A stretch of DNA of 58,186 bases, counting the filler, from Barthelona sp. PAP020 (Eukaryota): assembly GCA_040182905.1 (NCBI GenBank). It is 5 parts of 5 records of this genome, joined end to end, with 100 filler letters (N's around TTAATTAATTAA, not from the genome) between each part and the next. Parts side by side here need not be neighbours in the genome. Positions count along the whole stretch, not along the records: positions 34,983 to 46,639 come from JARQWU010000372.1; positions 46,740 to 58,186 come from JARQWU010000373.1; 3 more parts are not named here. One strand, 5' to 3'. The notes under the pieces are model-generated. The model was not told where the DNA came from, did no database searches, and saw only the letters and a list, made by a program, of their open reading frames with translations. Position 1 is the stretch's first letter. Every line of letters begins with the position of its first letter. The translations under genes were made by a program, and so were the position numbers. Of the stretch, positions 41,491-52,460 are shown piece after piece.

Positions 41491-41830
41491 TCCTGTTAAT
41501 ATTAATGAATAGGATTCATTTGTCAATTTTTATTATTTGTAAAAGCATGTAGAATTTTCTCTTATTTTTTTGGAACTCCCTTTGTTTTTTCTGAATATTA
41601 AACATTATTTGATGATTTTTTTAAATTTCAAAGGTTAATAAATGATATATCAAAGGTTTATTTTTATCATATATTATTGGATGTCATTCATCTTTTTTTT
41701 TCTTCTTTTTAAAATCGGTGAATTTATAAAATTTATATTAAATGGCAAGAGTTTTAATATATAAAAAGAAGAAGTATTTTTCATTTGAACTTCTATTTTT
41801 ATTTTTTGTTTTTTGAAGATTTTATTGAAT

Positions 41831-44800
41831 ATGGATGCAACATATTCCAAGGATATTATATTTAAAGATATTAATGACAGAAAAATATTAGAAGAATCAA
41901 ATACCATCCAAAAATTTCAACAAATTAATGAAATGAATAATAAGTTTAGAAATAGTGATGATAAAGAAAAAAATAACTATAATTATAACACAAATAATGA
42001 AAATATAGTTTCAGATTCGGAATTTGAAGATGATTTTGAAGATGATTTTGAAAATGAAAATTCATCCAATGACAATTCAGATGAAGAAAGTAGTGAAGAA
42101 GAAGAAGAAGAAGAAGAAGAAGAAGAAGAAGAAGAAAAAGAAGAAGATAGTGATGATGAGGTTAATAATAACAAACAAAATGTACAGACAGATGAAGAGG
42201 AAAGTTCAGATAATGGAGATACTTCTGAATCAGAGTATTATAGCGAAGAAGAAGAAGAAGAAGAAGAAGAAGAAGAAGAAGAAGAAGAATCTGAGGAAGA
42301 ATCGGAAGATGAAAATGACAATAGTGATGATTCAATTGAAGAAAGTAGCGAAGAAGAACAAGGAGATTCTGAAAAAGAAGAAGAAGAAACTGATGATGAT
42401 GATGATGATGTTGTTGATGTTAATATTGAAAATGTATTGCACAAAAATGGCAGTATAACTGCACTTAAAGACAAAAATGCGAATCTAAGTTTGAAAAATA
42501 CTGAGATCATTTCAAATGAAAAAGTTTTTTCCAGCTTTGAAAAGAGTAATTTCACAAATACGTCAAAAACGAAAGAGTCTTTGGAGATGAAAGTTGTTTC
42601 AAAGCCCATTTTTCGGAATTCAACTGATAAAGCCTTTTCAACCCAAGATGAAATCAGTGATGATGATGAGGATGAGGATGAAACAAAGCTTACTGACAAT
42701 GATACACATCATCAGAGTATGAATAACGCTTTTGTTTATCAGAACATTGATGAGGATGAAGATGAGGAAGTTATGTTGGGATCTCCTTCGACATCAACAT
42801 CAACAACATTTGAAAAGTCTTCATATGAAATGAAGAGCGTTTTCGGCATTAATTCACCAAACACAACTGATGGTGAGCTTTCTCACATGTCAATTGGGGT
42901 AACGGCCCAACAAAAAGCAAAAGTAGACAATAATTCTGAAAATTTTTTTGACGAAGATACAGTTTTACAAGAAAGTATGGAAATTAACACTTCTGAATTG
43001 TTCACTGTTTCTTCTTCTTCTAATTATGCATCGTCTCGACCGTCTGTTCGATTGATTCGACCTACAATACCTTCTTTTCAAGATAGACCACCGAGTGGAC
43101 ATGTCAATATTCATTCTGTGCTTCGAGACGAAATTTTGGAAGGAAAAGAAGAAGATGATGATGATGTCCTTCATGGTGACACGTCTTTGTCTTTATCCAA
43201 CAGTGAATATGAAAAAGAAGATTCACCTAAAGAATCTCCGATAATAAGCAGTGTAATTTCACGATCTTTAATTCCACCTGGTTATGAAAAAAAAAAAATT
43301 AAACAAAATGACTTGCTTTCATCAACTTTACCCTCATTAACGTTGTCTAATGAAAGTATTTTCAGAAATTCATTGGATCCAGATGCAAATGTATCATCCA
43401 ACAGTTCTTTAGACTCCCTAAAAGTTAATGTTAATTTGGATTTTCATGAAAGTCTCACATCTGCTGGATTATCTCCCTTGGGTGACAGCAAATTTGATTT
43501 TGGGGATGATGTAAAGGTTGATTTATCTCATATAAAACCAACCAATTCTTCTTTAAAGTTTTCTCATGAAAACACTTTTATTTCACCAAAGAATAGTCTT
43601 CTTATATCACCTTCCAAAATTACACCTAATAATCAAGAACTTTCTCCTATCGATAATTTTAGTCCAACAACAATACATTCTTCTCCAATTCGATCTAAAA
43701 CGACAGTTGGATCAGATATGAAAATATTCGCCAATACAAATGGAAAGAAGCATATAGGACAATTATCTAGTAATGAAAAAAGTGATTTAGACCGTAAATT
43801 CTCCAACAGTACGTTAGGAGGATACATTAAGCCGCTTAGTGATGATCACTCCTTCGATAATACGAAAATTCAACATACTTCACTTTCCAGTGCATCAATG
43901 CTGCCACAGAAACATCCTTTTGGATATAGCACACCAACATCTTCATTTAGCGCAACACATAAAGATACAATTTATCCTTTTTCAAATCAATTTGATCCAA
44001 ATAACGAAAGTCCAGATGATGTATTAGCTTCAATTAGTTCAAACAATCACAAAGCAACCGAAAATTTCATTTCACCTGAGTCTGTGGGATCGACAGATAA
44101 TTTCCTTGATAGTAACACTAATTCCTTGCTTTTACCTTTAGTATCGCCCCAAAAAGGAATATTGAGTCAAGATGTATGGGGATCTGCTAGAGCTATGGAA
44201 CCACAAGCCACATTCGTTGTCAATGATGATTCGTTGTCGTCAAGATTATCTGCTTTTAAGAAACAAAGAGCAGATAGAAAAATTCGGAATTTATCTGCCA
44301 GAAAAGATGCTCGTAAAATTCAAAGGAATGCTGTTTCTGCTGGGGCTACAATACAAAAAGTTAGTATAAATTCTTTAGATTTTGTTGGAAAGTCTCTGCC
44401 GGAAAAAGAAGCAATGAGACCAACAACAACCATTGGCATTGGATCTAGAGCAAGAACAAAGAGTGGAACAGTTACTGATGGTGGACTTAAAATACTGAAT
44501 TTAGATGAAACAATTCCTGAAAGTAATACCTTGACGATACCAAGCCAAGTAAAAGCAAAAGGTAGTCACAGTCAGGAACGAAGAAGAGTCAAATCCACAG
44601 TGACGAAAACAAGTTTATCGAACGATTTGAGTGATTTTGTAAAGCAAGGAAGACCAAGAGCTCGAACGAATGTTACTATAAGCAGTGTTAAAAGCAGTGC
44701 TGTTACAAGCAGTAATATCAACAAAATGGGAGAAATTGAGGAAACTAAATTTGAAGATTTGATGCCTTTAAGGAACCCTCAACAAATCATAGAAGATTCC

Positions 44801-46255
44801 ATTGTTTTATTGACAAATGCTACAAGAGAGACGGATTGGCATGCTATTTATCATTGTATCGATAGTATTAGACGTGTTACAAAGCATCATTCTGATATAT
44901 TGATAGATACCCAATTTAAAGAAGTTATTAGTGCAATATGTAAACAATTGGATAACTTAAGGTCAGCAGTACCCAGAAATGCCATGTTTTGTATCAATGA
45001 AATGGTAACTATTTTAAAATTTGATTTAGACAATTATATATCGATCTTAGTCAATGGGTTATTAAGAAAGGTGATTGAAGGACAATCAGCATTTATAACT
45101 GAAGAAGCTAACAAGTGTTTTGCAATAATGGTTGGAAATGTGAATTCTGAGAGGTATTTGTATCACATGATTAAAGTTGCCAACACAAAGTCAACTCAAC
45201 AGAGAAATTGTATTTCTGAGCATATTGTTAGTATATTACTTGATTTGGAGGCTGGTATCAATGGATTTAACAAGCTTGATAGTTTAATTTTAGCATTAAA
45301 TAGGATGTTCACTGATTCATCTCCAATTCCAAGGACAAATTCTAGAAAGGCTTTTGCCTTAATATATAAACATATTGATTCAAAATCTGAGTATGAAAAG
45401 TTGATTGGACGTTTATGTAAAGAGAATGTCAAAAAAATATTACAGTCCTCAACACGTTTACAAAATGATTTGGTGAATTTGCAGGTAAATGGTCGAGGAA
45501 AACATAATTTGGAGCAAAAAGTTAATTCCAGTAATTCTTCAGTAAATACGAAAAAAATAACTAGAAAAGCATCTTTAAAAAATAAACCTTCAAAAGAAAT
45601 TGCCACAATAATTACTCAACTGGATTCATCGGATTGGCAAAAACGTTATATGAGTGTTACTGCTATTGAAGCAATTCTCATTGAAAATACTATAAACAAG
45701 GATGAACAAACCATGTTATTTACAAAATTTTTATCAATTTTATTGGATCAAACTGAAAAAGTTCAAAAACATGCCTTATCTTGTTTAAAAAGAATAACTG
45801 ATGAAAATCGAAAACATTTATTTGCAAGTTCCAATGTTTTATTTAAACTTTTTAAAAAACTTGGCAGTATTTTCAATGTTGAATTAAATAATGAAAAAAA
45901 TATGGTTTGTCAGGAAATCATCGAAAATGTTCAAAAAATTACAAATGTTGAAAGTTTCTGCAAAAACTTTTGTAATTGTATCATAAATGAACCAATTAAA
46001 GTTAAACTGAGCCTTTTACAAATATTTACCAATGGTTTAATTTATGAGATAAGTGCTGAGGAAAGAGGAGATCTTGTTGTTCAAAAATACATTTTGCCAA
46101 TGTTTTGTAAGCTAGAAGAGGAATGTTTTGAAGATTGCAAGGATTTATTGAGAGAGAATATGTCTGGTTTGAAAGATATTTTTGAGGAACTTTTGGAAGA
46201 GTGGGTTTTGGTGATATCTCCTGAATCTGGTAGAATTTTGATTGATTTGCTTTAA
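41831..46255 (+). CDS. Large TOG-domain microtubule-binding protein (TOGARAM/Crescerin/CLASP-like) with acidic, Ser-rich disordered N-terminus
   Basis: DW...Y..I..IRR...HH, LDNLRSAVPRNA, SAFITEEA, DSSP..R...RK, SSDWQKR HEAT/TOG motifs; first ATG at 41831. Confidence 0.8.
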   Translation: MDATYSKDIIFKDINDRKILEESNTIQKFQQINEMNNKFRNSDDKEKNNYNYNTNNENIVSDSEFEDDFEDDFENENSSNDNSDEESSEEEEEEEEEEEEEEKEEDSDDEVNNNKQNVQTDEEESSDNGDTSESEYYSEEEEEEEEEEEEEEESEEESEDENDNSDDSIEESSEEEQGDSEKEEEETDDDDDDVVDVNIENVLHKNGSITALKDKNANLSLKNTEIISNEKVFSSFEKSNFTNTSKTKESLEMKVVSKPIFRNSTDKAFSTQDEISDDDEDEDETKLTDNDTHHQSMNNAFVYQNIDEDEDEEVMLGSPSTSTSTTFEKSSYEMKSVFGINSPNTTDGELSHMSIGVTAQQKAKVDNNSENFFDEDTVLQESMEINTSELFTVSSSSNYASSRPSVRLIRPTIPSFQDRPPSGHVNIHSVLRDEILEGKEEDDDDVLHGDTSLSLSNSEYEKEDSPKESPIISSVISRSLIPPGYEKKKIKQNDLLSSTLPSLTLSNESIFRNSLDPDANVSSNSSLDSLKVNVNLDFHESLTSAGLSPLGDSKFDFGDDVKVDLSHIKPTNSSLKFSHENTFISPKNSLLISPSKITPNNQELSPIDNFSPTTIHSSPIRSKTTVGSDMKIFANTNGKKHIGQLSSNEKSDLDRKFSNSTLGGYIKPLSDDHSFDNTKIQHTSLSSASMLPQKHPFGYSTPTSSFSATHKDTIYPFSNQFDPNNESPDDVLASISSNNHKATENFISPESVGSTDNFLDSNTNSLLLPLVSPQKGILSQDVWGSARAMEPQATFVVNDDSLSSRLSAFKKQRADRKIRNLSARKDARKIQRNAVSAGATIQKVSINSLDFVGKSLPEKEAMRPTTTIGIGSRARTKSGTVTDGGLKILNLDETIPESNTLTIPSQVKAKGSHSQERRRVKSTVTKTSLSNDLSDFVKQGRPRARTNVTISSVKSSAVTSSNINKMGEIEETKFEDLMPLRNPQQIIEDSIVLLTNATRETDWHAIYHCIDSIRRVTKHHSDILIDTQFKEVISAICKQLDNLRSAVPRNAMFCINEMVTILKFDLDNYISILVNGLLRKVIEGQSAFITEEANKCFAIMVGNVNSERYLYHMIKVANTKSTQQRNCISEHIVSILLDLEAGINGFNKLDSLILALNRMFTDSSPIPRTNSRKAFALIYKHIDSKSEYEKLIGRLCKENVKKILQSSTRLQNDLVNLQVNGRGKHNLEQKVNSSNSSVNTKKITRKASLKNKPSKEIATIITQLDSSDWQKRYMSVTAIEAILIENTINKDEQTMLFTKFLSILLDQTEKVQKHALSCLKRITDENRKHLFASSNVLFKLFKKLGSIFNVELNNEKNMVCQEIIENVQKITNVESFCKNFCNCIINEPIKVKLSLLQIFTNGLIYEISAEERGDLVVQKYILPMFCKLEEECFEDCKDLLRENMSGLKDIFEELLEEWVLVISPESGRILIDLL
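42095..42289 (+). repeat. Two (GAA)n microsatellites encoding poly-Glu within the TOG gene
   Basis: Pure GAA runs at about 42095-42136 and 42245-42289. Confidence 0.9.
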
Positions 46256-46382
46256 TGACAAGAAAAGTATGTTGTCCTTTTTGGTTTGTCAATTTTCTAT
46301 GCTACCGCAGACGTTTTGTTTTTGGTCGTTGTTGATGTAAATATTGTATATATATATATATATTGTTTTTCAAAAGTTTCAC

Positions 46383-46527
46383 AAACATTTCCCTTTTAGG
46401 AATTCAGAACCATACATGCAAAGTGAACAACCCAGTGAAAAGCACCCCAAAACTCTAATCATGAACAGTAAAAGTCTTTATAAGCGTTTATTATTATGTG
46501 TTCGTAGCAAAAGCGGACAGATTTCAC
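46383..46527. repeat. Dispersed repeat of about 145 bp, copy B
   Basis: Aligns with 34603-34736; preceded by a (TA)n microsatellite at about 46347-46363. Confidence 0.8.
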
Positions 46528-46639
46528 GTAAAAGACAATATAAATGTGTTTAAGGTTTCTTCTAGCAATTTCTGATACTAATGGATATCAAAATTGAAAG
46601 TGAAATGACAACATAGAATCAAATAATTCAGGGTAATAA

Positions 46640-46739
46640 NNNNNNNNNNNNNNNNNNNNNNNNNNNNNNNNNNNNNNNNNNNNTTAATTAATTAANNNNN
46701 NNNNNNNNNNNNNNNNNNNNNNNNNNNNNNNNNNNNNNN
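46640..46739. other. Artificial contig linker
   Basis: N44-TTAATTAATTAA-N44. Confidence 0.97.
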
Positions 46740-48557
46740 GAATTAACTCGTATCGCTATTATCAATCCTGATAAATGCAAACCTAAAGATTGTGGTTTAG
46801 CTTGTAAGAAGACTTGTCCTGTTGTTCGTACTGGGGGACAATGCATCGACGTAACTAAGAAATCTAAAGTTGCAATTATTTCTGAAGTTCTTTGTATTGG
46901 TTGCAATCTTTGTGTTCAAAAGTGTCCTCAAGATGCTATCAGAATTATTCGTTTGCCTTCTAATTTAGAATCTAACACTGTTCATAGATTTGGACCTAAC
47001 ACTTTCAAACTACATCGTTTACCAAGACCTAGACCTGGTAATGTTTTAGGTTTGGTTGGTACTAATGGTATCGGAAAATCTACTGCTTTGCAAATTCTTT
47101 CTGGACGTTTAACTCCTAATTTGGGACAATTTGATGATCCCCCAGATTGGGACGAAATTCGTCAACATTTCCGTGGTAATGAATTGCAAACGTATTTTAC
47201 TTTGTTGCTGGAAGACAATATTAGATGTGTTACCAAGCCTCAATATGTTGATAATATTCCAAAAGTTGTTAAAGGTGTTGTGGAAACTCTTTTGTTGAAG
47301 AGATGTGGATCAGAAGAGGTTATGGAATCCCTTTTAGATAAATTGGATTTAGATGATGTTAGAACCCAACAAATCAACACTTTATCTGGTGGTCAGCTTC
47401 AAAGATTTGCTATTGCTGTTGCTGCTGCAACTAATGCTAATGTTTTAATGTTTGATGAGCCTTCTTCATACTTAGATGTTCAACAAAGGTTGATTGCTTC
47501 ACGTTTAATTCGTGAATTACAACAAGTTGACAATTACATCATTGTTGTTGAGCATGATCTAGCAGTTTTAGATTATCTTTCTGACTATGTTCAAATTTTG
47601 TATGGTACACCTGCTGCTTATGGTGTTGTTACCATGCCTGCATCTGTTCGTGAGGGTATCAATCATTTCTTGGCTGGATTTTTACCTGCTGAAAATCTTA
47701 GATTCCGTCCTGAGCCTCTTAAATTCCGCATTGCCCAAGTCGCTCTTGAAACCAATGAAGATGAAACCGATGATGTTGTCACATACAAATATCCTTCTAT
47801 GGAAAAATCTTTAGGATCTTTCATGTTACATGTTGAAAGTGGTACATTCAATGAATCAGAAATTACTGTTTTATTGGGAAGAAATGGTACAGGAAAAACT
47901 ACCTTCATCAGAATGTTAGCTGGACAATTATCACCCGATGAAGATGAAAATGGAATTGTTCCCACAATTCACAGATTGGAAGTTTCTTATAAACCTCAAA
48001 AGCTGTCTTCCAAGAAGGAAATTACTGTTCGTCAATACTTGACTCAAAATTGCAAATTAATGAATGACCCCATTTTCCAAAGAATTGTTTTGAAGGGTTT
48101 GAACATTGAACCATTATATAACAATGTTTTGAAATTCTTATCTGGAGGAGAATTGCAAAGAGTAGCCATTGCTTGGGCTTTAGGAAGGAAAAATGCCAAT
48201 ATCTTCTTAATTGATGAACCTTCTGCATATCTTGATGCTGAACAACGTGTTGAATGTGCTAAATGTATCAGACAATATATTTATCAAAAGAAGAAAACTG
48301 CTTTCATTGTTGAACATGATTTCATCATGGCAACATATCTTGCTGATAAAGTTATTGTTTATGATGGTAGACCAGCTTTCGATTGTACTGCTAGAACACC
48401 TCAAAGTTTGTTAACCGGTATGAATGCCTTTTTAGAAGATTTGGAGGTTACTTTTAGAAGAGACCCAAGCAATTACAGACCCAGAATTAACAAACCCAAT
48501 TCTCAAAAAGATCAAGAACAAAAGAGACTTGGTCAATATTTCTTTATGAATCAATAG
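46740..48557 (+). CDS. ABCE1: ABCE1/Rli1 ribosome recycling factor (only the first few codons missing)
   Basis: Frame open from 46740: [23 protein letters not shown] Fe-S domain, [12 protein letters not shown], two ABC domains ([34 protein letters not shown]), FRRDP..YRPRINK. Confidence 0.97.
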   Translation, partial: ELTRIAIINPDKCKPKDCGLACKKTCPVVRTGGQCIDVTKKSKVAIISEVLCIGCNLCVQKCPQDAIRIIRLPSNLESNTVHRFGPNTFKLHRLPRPRPGNVLGLVGTNGIGKSTALQILSGRLTPNLGQFDDPPDWDEIRQHFRGNELQTYFTLLLEDNIRCVTKPQYVDNIPKVVKGVVETLLLKRCGSEEVMESLLDKLDLDDVRTQQINTLSGGQLQRFAIAVAAATNANVLMFDEPSSYLDVQQRLIASRLIRELQQVDNYIIVVEHDLAVLDYLSDYVQILYGTPAAYGVVTMPASVREGINHFLAGFLPAENLRFRPEPLKFRIAQVALETNEDETDDVVTYKYPSMEKSLGSFMLHVESGTFNESEITVLLGRNGTGKTTFIRMLAGQLSPDEDENGIVPTIHRLEVSYKPQKLSSKKEITVRQYLTQNCKLMNDPIFQRIVLKGLNIEPLYNNVLKFLSGGELQRVAIAWALGRKNANIFLIDEPSAYLDAEQRVECAKCIRQYIYQKKKTAFIVEHDFIMATYLADKVIVYDGRPAFDCTARTPQSLLTGMNAFLEDLEVTFRRDPSNYRPRINKPNSQKDQEQKRLGQYFFMNQ

Positions 48558-48873
48558 TTTAAGAATAAACTTTTAGATTGTGCGGTTTATAATTTTTTTT
48601 AAAGTAAATTGATTTGCCTGCTTTTTGTTTTCAAAAAAGAGACTGTTTTAAAGCGTTTCACCGGAAAAAGCCGAACATATGATTTTCAATATGAAAGAAT
48701 TTGGCTTAAAATTTAAAAATAAAGTTATTCAAAATGGAAAAGGACATTTTTTCGATGATGAAAATGTTCATTTTTTTTTTGGAACAAATTCTTTTTTGAC
48801 TTTCGACTTTTTATGAATCTATAATAACCAAAGTACTTAAATTTAATTAAATAGTAATAGAAAGAACAAGAAT

Positions 48874-51609
48874 ATGGATATTGAAGAAGTTGATGAAAGA
48901 AAAAAGATAAAAGCACAAAATGAGATTGAAAGTCATGTATTATTTACCATAGTATCTTTAATGAATAGTATAGGAAAAGGTAATGGGGATAATTTAATAA
49001 TAAATATTGAAAGATCGAAAGATGCCTTGAAGGATTTGATACATTTTTTGACATTTGACGAAAAGATAAGTTTAATTTATCTTAAAGTAATATTTGAACA
49101 AAAAATTACTGAAAGAAAATTGTTACCTTTGTTAAAAGTCCCTTTGAAACATGTAGATTTAATTGAACAAACAATTCAAATAATATCAATCATTTTAAAC
49201 AAAGGGATTGGTTTAATTGAGGAATTATATCAAGAAGAGGTGACTGTTCAGCCAGTCATTGAATTAAAGTTTTTTTTCGAGTTTAAAAAAATTTTTTGCG
49301 ATCCAACCACCCTTAATTGTTTTATTTCAATCTTTAACGATGTATATATACGATTGGAAAAGGATTCAAGCAATTTTGAATTTGTAAAGGATGATTATGG
49401 GCGATTCGAGCTGTTTTTGTATGCAATATTAAATTTGTTGAAGCTTAACATTTGGGAGCGAACATATCTGAAGGAAATTGATGGTTCATGTCAACAGATG
49501 CATAATCCTTTGGATATTCAACGATTATTCATCAAATCTTTAGTAAATAGCAACGTTTTTGATATAGTTAATTGGTTTTTTCCTTATTTAAAACAAGAGA
49601 GTCTTAAACATGATTGTATTGAGCTGTATTCCTATGTTATCAATAATATAAACCCTTTTTGCTTGTTTAAAGATACTGTTGAAGCAAAATATCAACAATT
49701 CAAAGTGAATAAACGATTATTGAAAGATTTATCGATGGAAAACATCAAGAAAAGGAAGATGGTGAGTCGTACCAGACATTTAGCTGTGATGAGTGGTACA
49801 AAGGCTGAAGACCAATTGGATAGAGATCTTTTTGAAAAGATTTTTGCTAAGGAGAGTATTAATTTCAAAAATCAGTTGAAAAAACAGATTTCTTTTCCTG
49901 ATTATCTGACTGATTACAACGAATATACAAAATCATTGTCGAATTCTATGTTAGAACTTGTTCCAAAACTTTTGAAAAATTTTGATTTGTTCACGGAACT
50001 TTTCGACAGTTTGGTGGTAGGATTTGATTCATTTAGCTATATTCCAGTTGTCTTCCATTATATTAACGTTTGCCAATTCCTCTTTGGTTATCTTTTAGCC
50101 AAATTTCAAGCTTCTTTTAGTTCCAATGAAGATTGTTCCATAATCACGTTGGATAACGAGTACAAATGGGTGTATTTAAAGTCAAGAGAACCGTTTTACA
50201 ATCAAATATTTACCGATATTGATTTTGCTAAACAACAAGAGTTATTACCGAATTTCTCTCTCACATTCAAATGCTTGCGTAATGAAATGCTGCTATTTTA
50301 TTTTATTTACAAAAATGGTTCTAAGAAAGACCCTTTTAGTTTCATTGCAGCAGAAACTGTCTTAGACAATCTTTTAAACATGTCAGCAATAGTCAATCAG
50401 ATTCCAAGATACCTTCAGATTTATAGACCAGATCATATTTCGCGAACTACAGCTGAACACATGCTAACCAGCTATTGGACAGTATGTAGGTTTTTGAACG
50501 ACAGGTCACCCAATGATTTCCGCTTAGCCGACCGATTGAACCATAACAACATTTTGGACACAATGTTTTTTGTTTTAGAATTTGTAGATATGAATGATTT
50601 GAGTGTAAATCTTGCGGTTATTGATCTTATTGAAATGCATTTAGAGTGTACGCAACAAGTCCAAACCATTTTTCACATTTCAAATCTGTTGATTATTCAA
50701 GAAGCGGCTAGGTACCTCCATGATGTGTTTGATGTTTTAGATAAGCAAAAAACAAATTTTAACTCGAAGAATGAAAAAGATATTTTTCTAAACATTCAAA
50801 AATCGTTAATTTTTTTGAAACATTTGTCCTTCATGTTTGTTCAAGATTGGCTTGAAGACCCGAACATCATCGACACGATTATATTCAACAAGAAGAAGTC
50901 GAAGAAGTATTCAACCAGAACAAAGCATGAACAGTTGCTTGAGTCTTTACAAGATGCAGAGGTGATGAGCAATTTTGGAGATTTAGAATCTCAAATGAAG
51001 GCAGACCAAAATAAAATGCTGGAATTAACTCGTTGGACCGAAAGAGAAGAAACATTACTGAAACGTTTTGTTGAAGACAACAAAAATCTAAGACCAGTTC
51101 AACTTGTAATAAGAGTCATGGACAGTGGTTTATTCAACAGATCTAGGCATGAGGTTGAAGGCAAAATGAGAGAATATGGTTTTCTCCCAGCACCTGTGGC
51201 ACCAGTTCCCGTTTCAAATCCAAACCAAATGGTTGATTCTCTTGATCTTGATGGTGAACCTGTGGTTTATCAAACAAAAAATAAGAACAAGCCTAAACCA
51301 CGTAAAACCAAAGATAAGGCTCATGTTTCATTCGCTGATGAAATTGTTGTTGATGACACAATAAATGAATTCGTTCCTGGACATGAAGAATTTACCGCAG
51401 ATGAGTTTGCTGAACTGGAAGAAAATTATGATGAAGAGAAGGAAGAAGAAAAAACTAGTCTCGATGATACAGCTGACCCTGAAACAAATTCTCTTCAGAA
51501 GCAGAAGCAGAAGGAAAGTACAATTGATGCAGAAAAAGAAGAAGCCAATTCCTCTCAAACTTCAAGACTTCGCATGTTGTATGATGACGATGATGATGAG
51601 GATGAATAG
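48874..51609 (+). CDS. Timeless/Tof1 replication fork protection protein
   Basis: DALKDLIHFL..DE N-terminal motif, armadillo-like body, TIFHISNL, C-terminal Myb-like WTEREETLL...RSRHEV..KM..YG, acidic tail. Confidence 0.7.
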   Translation: MDIEEVDERKKIKAQNEIESHVLFTIVSLMNSIGKGNGDNLIINIERSKDALKDLIHFLTFDEKISLIYLKVIFEQKITERKLLPLLKVPLKHVDLIEQTIQIISIILNKGIGLIEELYQEEVTVQPVIELKFFFEFKKIFCDPTTLNCFISIFNDVYIRLEKDSSNFEFVKDDYGRFELFLYAILNLLKLNIWERTYLKEIDGSCQQMHNPLDIQRLFIKSLVNSNVFDIVNWFFPYLKQESLKHDCIELYSYVINNINPFCLFKDTVEAKYQQFKVNKRLLKDLSMENIKKRKMVSRTRHLAVMSGTKAEDQLDRDLFEKIFAKESINFKNQLKKQISFPDYLTDYNEYTKSLSNSMLELVPKLLKNFDLFTELFDSLVVGFDSFSYIPVVFHYINVCQFLFGYLLAKFQASFSSNEDCSIITLDNEYKWVYLKSREPFYNQIFTDIDFAKQQELLPNFSLTFKCLRNEMLLFYFIYKNGSKKDPFSFIAAETVLDNLLNMSAIVNQIPRYLQIYRPDHISRTTAEHMLTSYWTVCRFLNDRSPNDFRLADRLNHNNILDTMFFVLEFVDMNDLSVNLAVIDLIEMHLECTQQVQTIFHISNLLIIQEAARYLHDVFDVLDKQKTNFNSKNEKDIFLNIQKSLIFLKHLSFMFVQDWLEDPNIIDTIIFNKKKSKKYSTRTKHEQLLESLQDAEVMSNFGDLESQMKADQNKMLELTRWTEREETLLKRFVEDNKNLRPVQLVIRVMDSGLFNRSRHEVEGKMREYGFLPAPVAPVPVSNPNQMVDSLDLDGEPVVYQTKNKNKPKPRKTKDKAHVSFADEIVVDDTINEFVPGHEEFTADEFAELEENYDEEKEEEKTSLDDTADPETNSLQKQKQKESTIDAEKEEANSSQTSRLRMLYDDDDDEDE

Positions 51610-51774
51610 AAAAACTGGTTGGGAATTGTTATTGGGTATTTATTTTATGGGTAAATCTCGTTCTTTACTTTTTTATTTTATTTTAATGAAACAAAGAATG
51701 CAGTAAAAGATATGAAGAAACATTCTTTATTTTGACACATTTGGTCTTTGAATATTAAACAAAAAATAGGAAAT

Positions 51775-52332
51775 TTATTTGAAAAAAGACACTTTGCCAG
51801 ATGTTCTGCTTCTTTCTTGCTTGAATGTCCCTTTTTTATTACTTTTCTTTGATATTTTTCCTTGTTTTGCATTTCTTGCTGCATTAACATTTATAGTTCC
51901 ATTTTTTGTATGACTATTTGCATTTTTGTCTTTATTCTTGCCTATCTTCACCTTTTTAACACTATTATCACCTGTTGAATTCATTATATCTTCCCAACTT
52001 TCATCTTTTGACATGAAAGAACGTTTTCTTTCTTGTAAATAACTCTTTTTAACACCATCAAACATAAAATATTTATTACATAATAAACACTTTACATTTA
52101 TTTTGTTGTTTACTAATTTATCATCACATTTTTGAATTCTTACTTTTGAATTAACACCTGGAATTAAAGTACTGTGACATTTAGGGCAAATTTGAGTCAA
52201 ACATTCTTCAGAAATATCAATTTCTGAATATAAAGAGCGTAAAAGGAATTCTTGATTTAAAAATCTGCCTAAAGAAGGATATTCGTTTGAAATTAACTGA
52301 CTTAATTGAAATTCATGCTTTAAATGGTTCAT
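51775..52332 (-). CDS. RPP21: RNase P/MRP subunit Rpr2/RPP21/Snm1-like
   Basis: ICPKCHSTLIPGVNSKVRI...VKCLLCN zinc ribbon; basic tail. Confidence 0.8.
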   Translation of the reverse strand: MNHLKHEFQLSQLISNEYPSLGRFLNQEFLLRSLYSEIDISEECLTQICPKCHSTLIPGVNSKVRIQKCDDKLVNNKINVKCLLCNKYFMFDGVKKSYLQERKRSFMSKDESWEDIMNSTGDNSVKKVKIGKNKDKNANSHTKNGTINVNAARNAKQGKISKKSNKKGTFKQERSRTSGKVSFFK

Positions 52333-52460
52333 AAATCAATAATTCATAAGAAAAAGTTGTCTGATAAAATAGTTGAATGAAAAGGAGAGTTTTTTTTTTG
52401 AAATTTTTTTCACAATTGAATAATTTTTTTTTGATTTGTAATTTATTGTGATTTATTTAA

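Noticed and set aside
41983..42699. Poly-Lys, poly-Ser and poly-Met ORFs overlapping the TOG gene
   Set aside because: Alternative-frame readings of (GAA)n and (GAT)n repeats
46009..46020. GCCTTTTAC, identical to U5 snRNA loop I
   Set aside because: Inside the TOG coding sequence with no enclosing stem or Sm site
11586..46739. Regularly spaced (~11.6 kb) TTAATTAATTAA within N runs
   Set aside because: Synthetic six-frame-stop linker joining similar-sized contigs; genes are cut at these points, so no cross-linker synteny can be inferred
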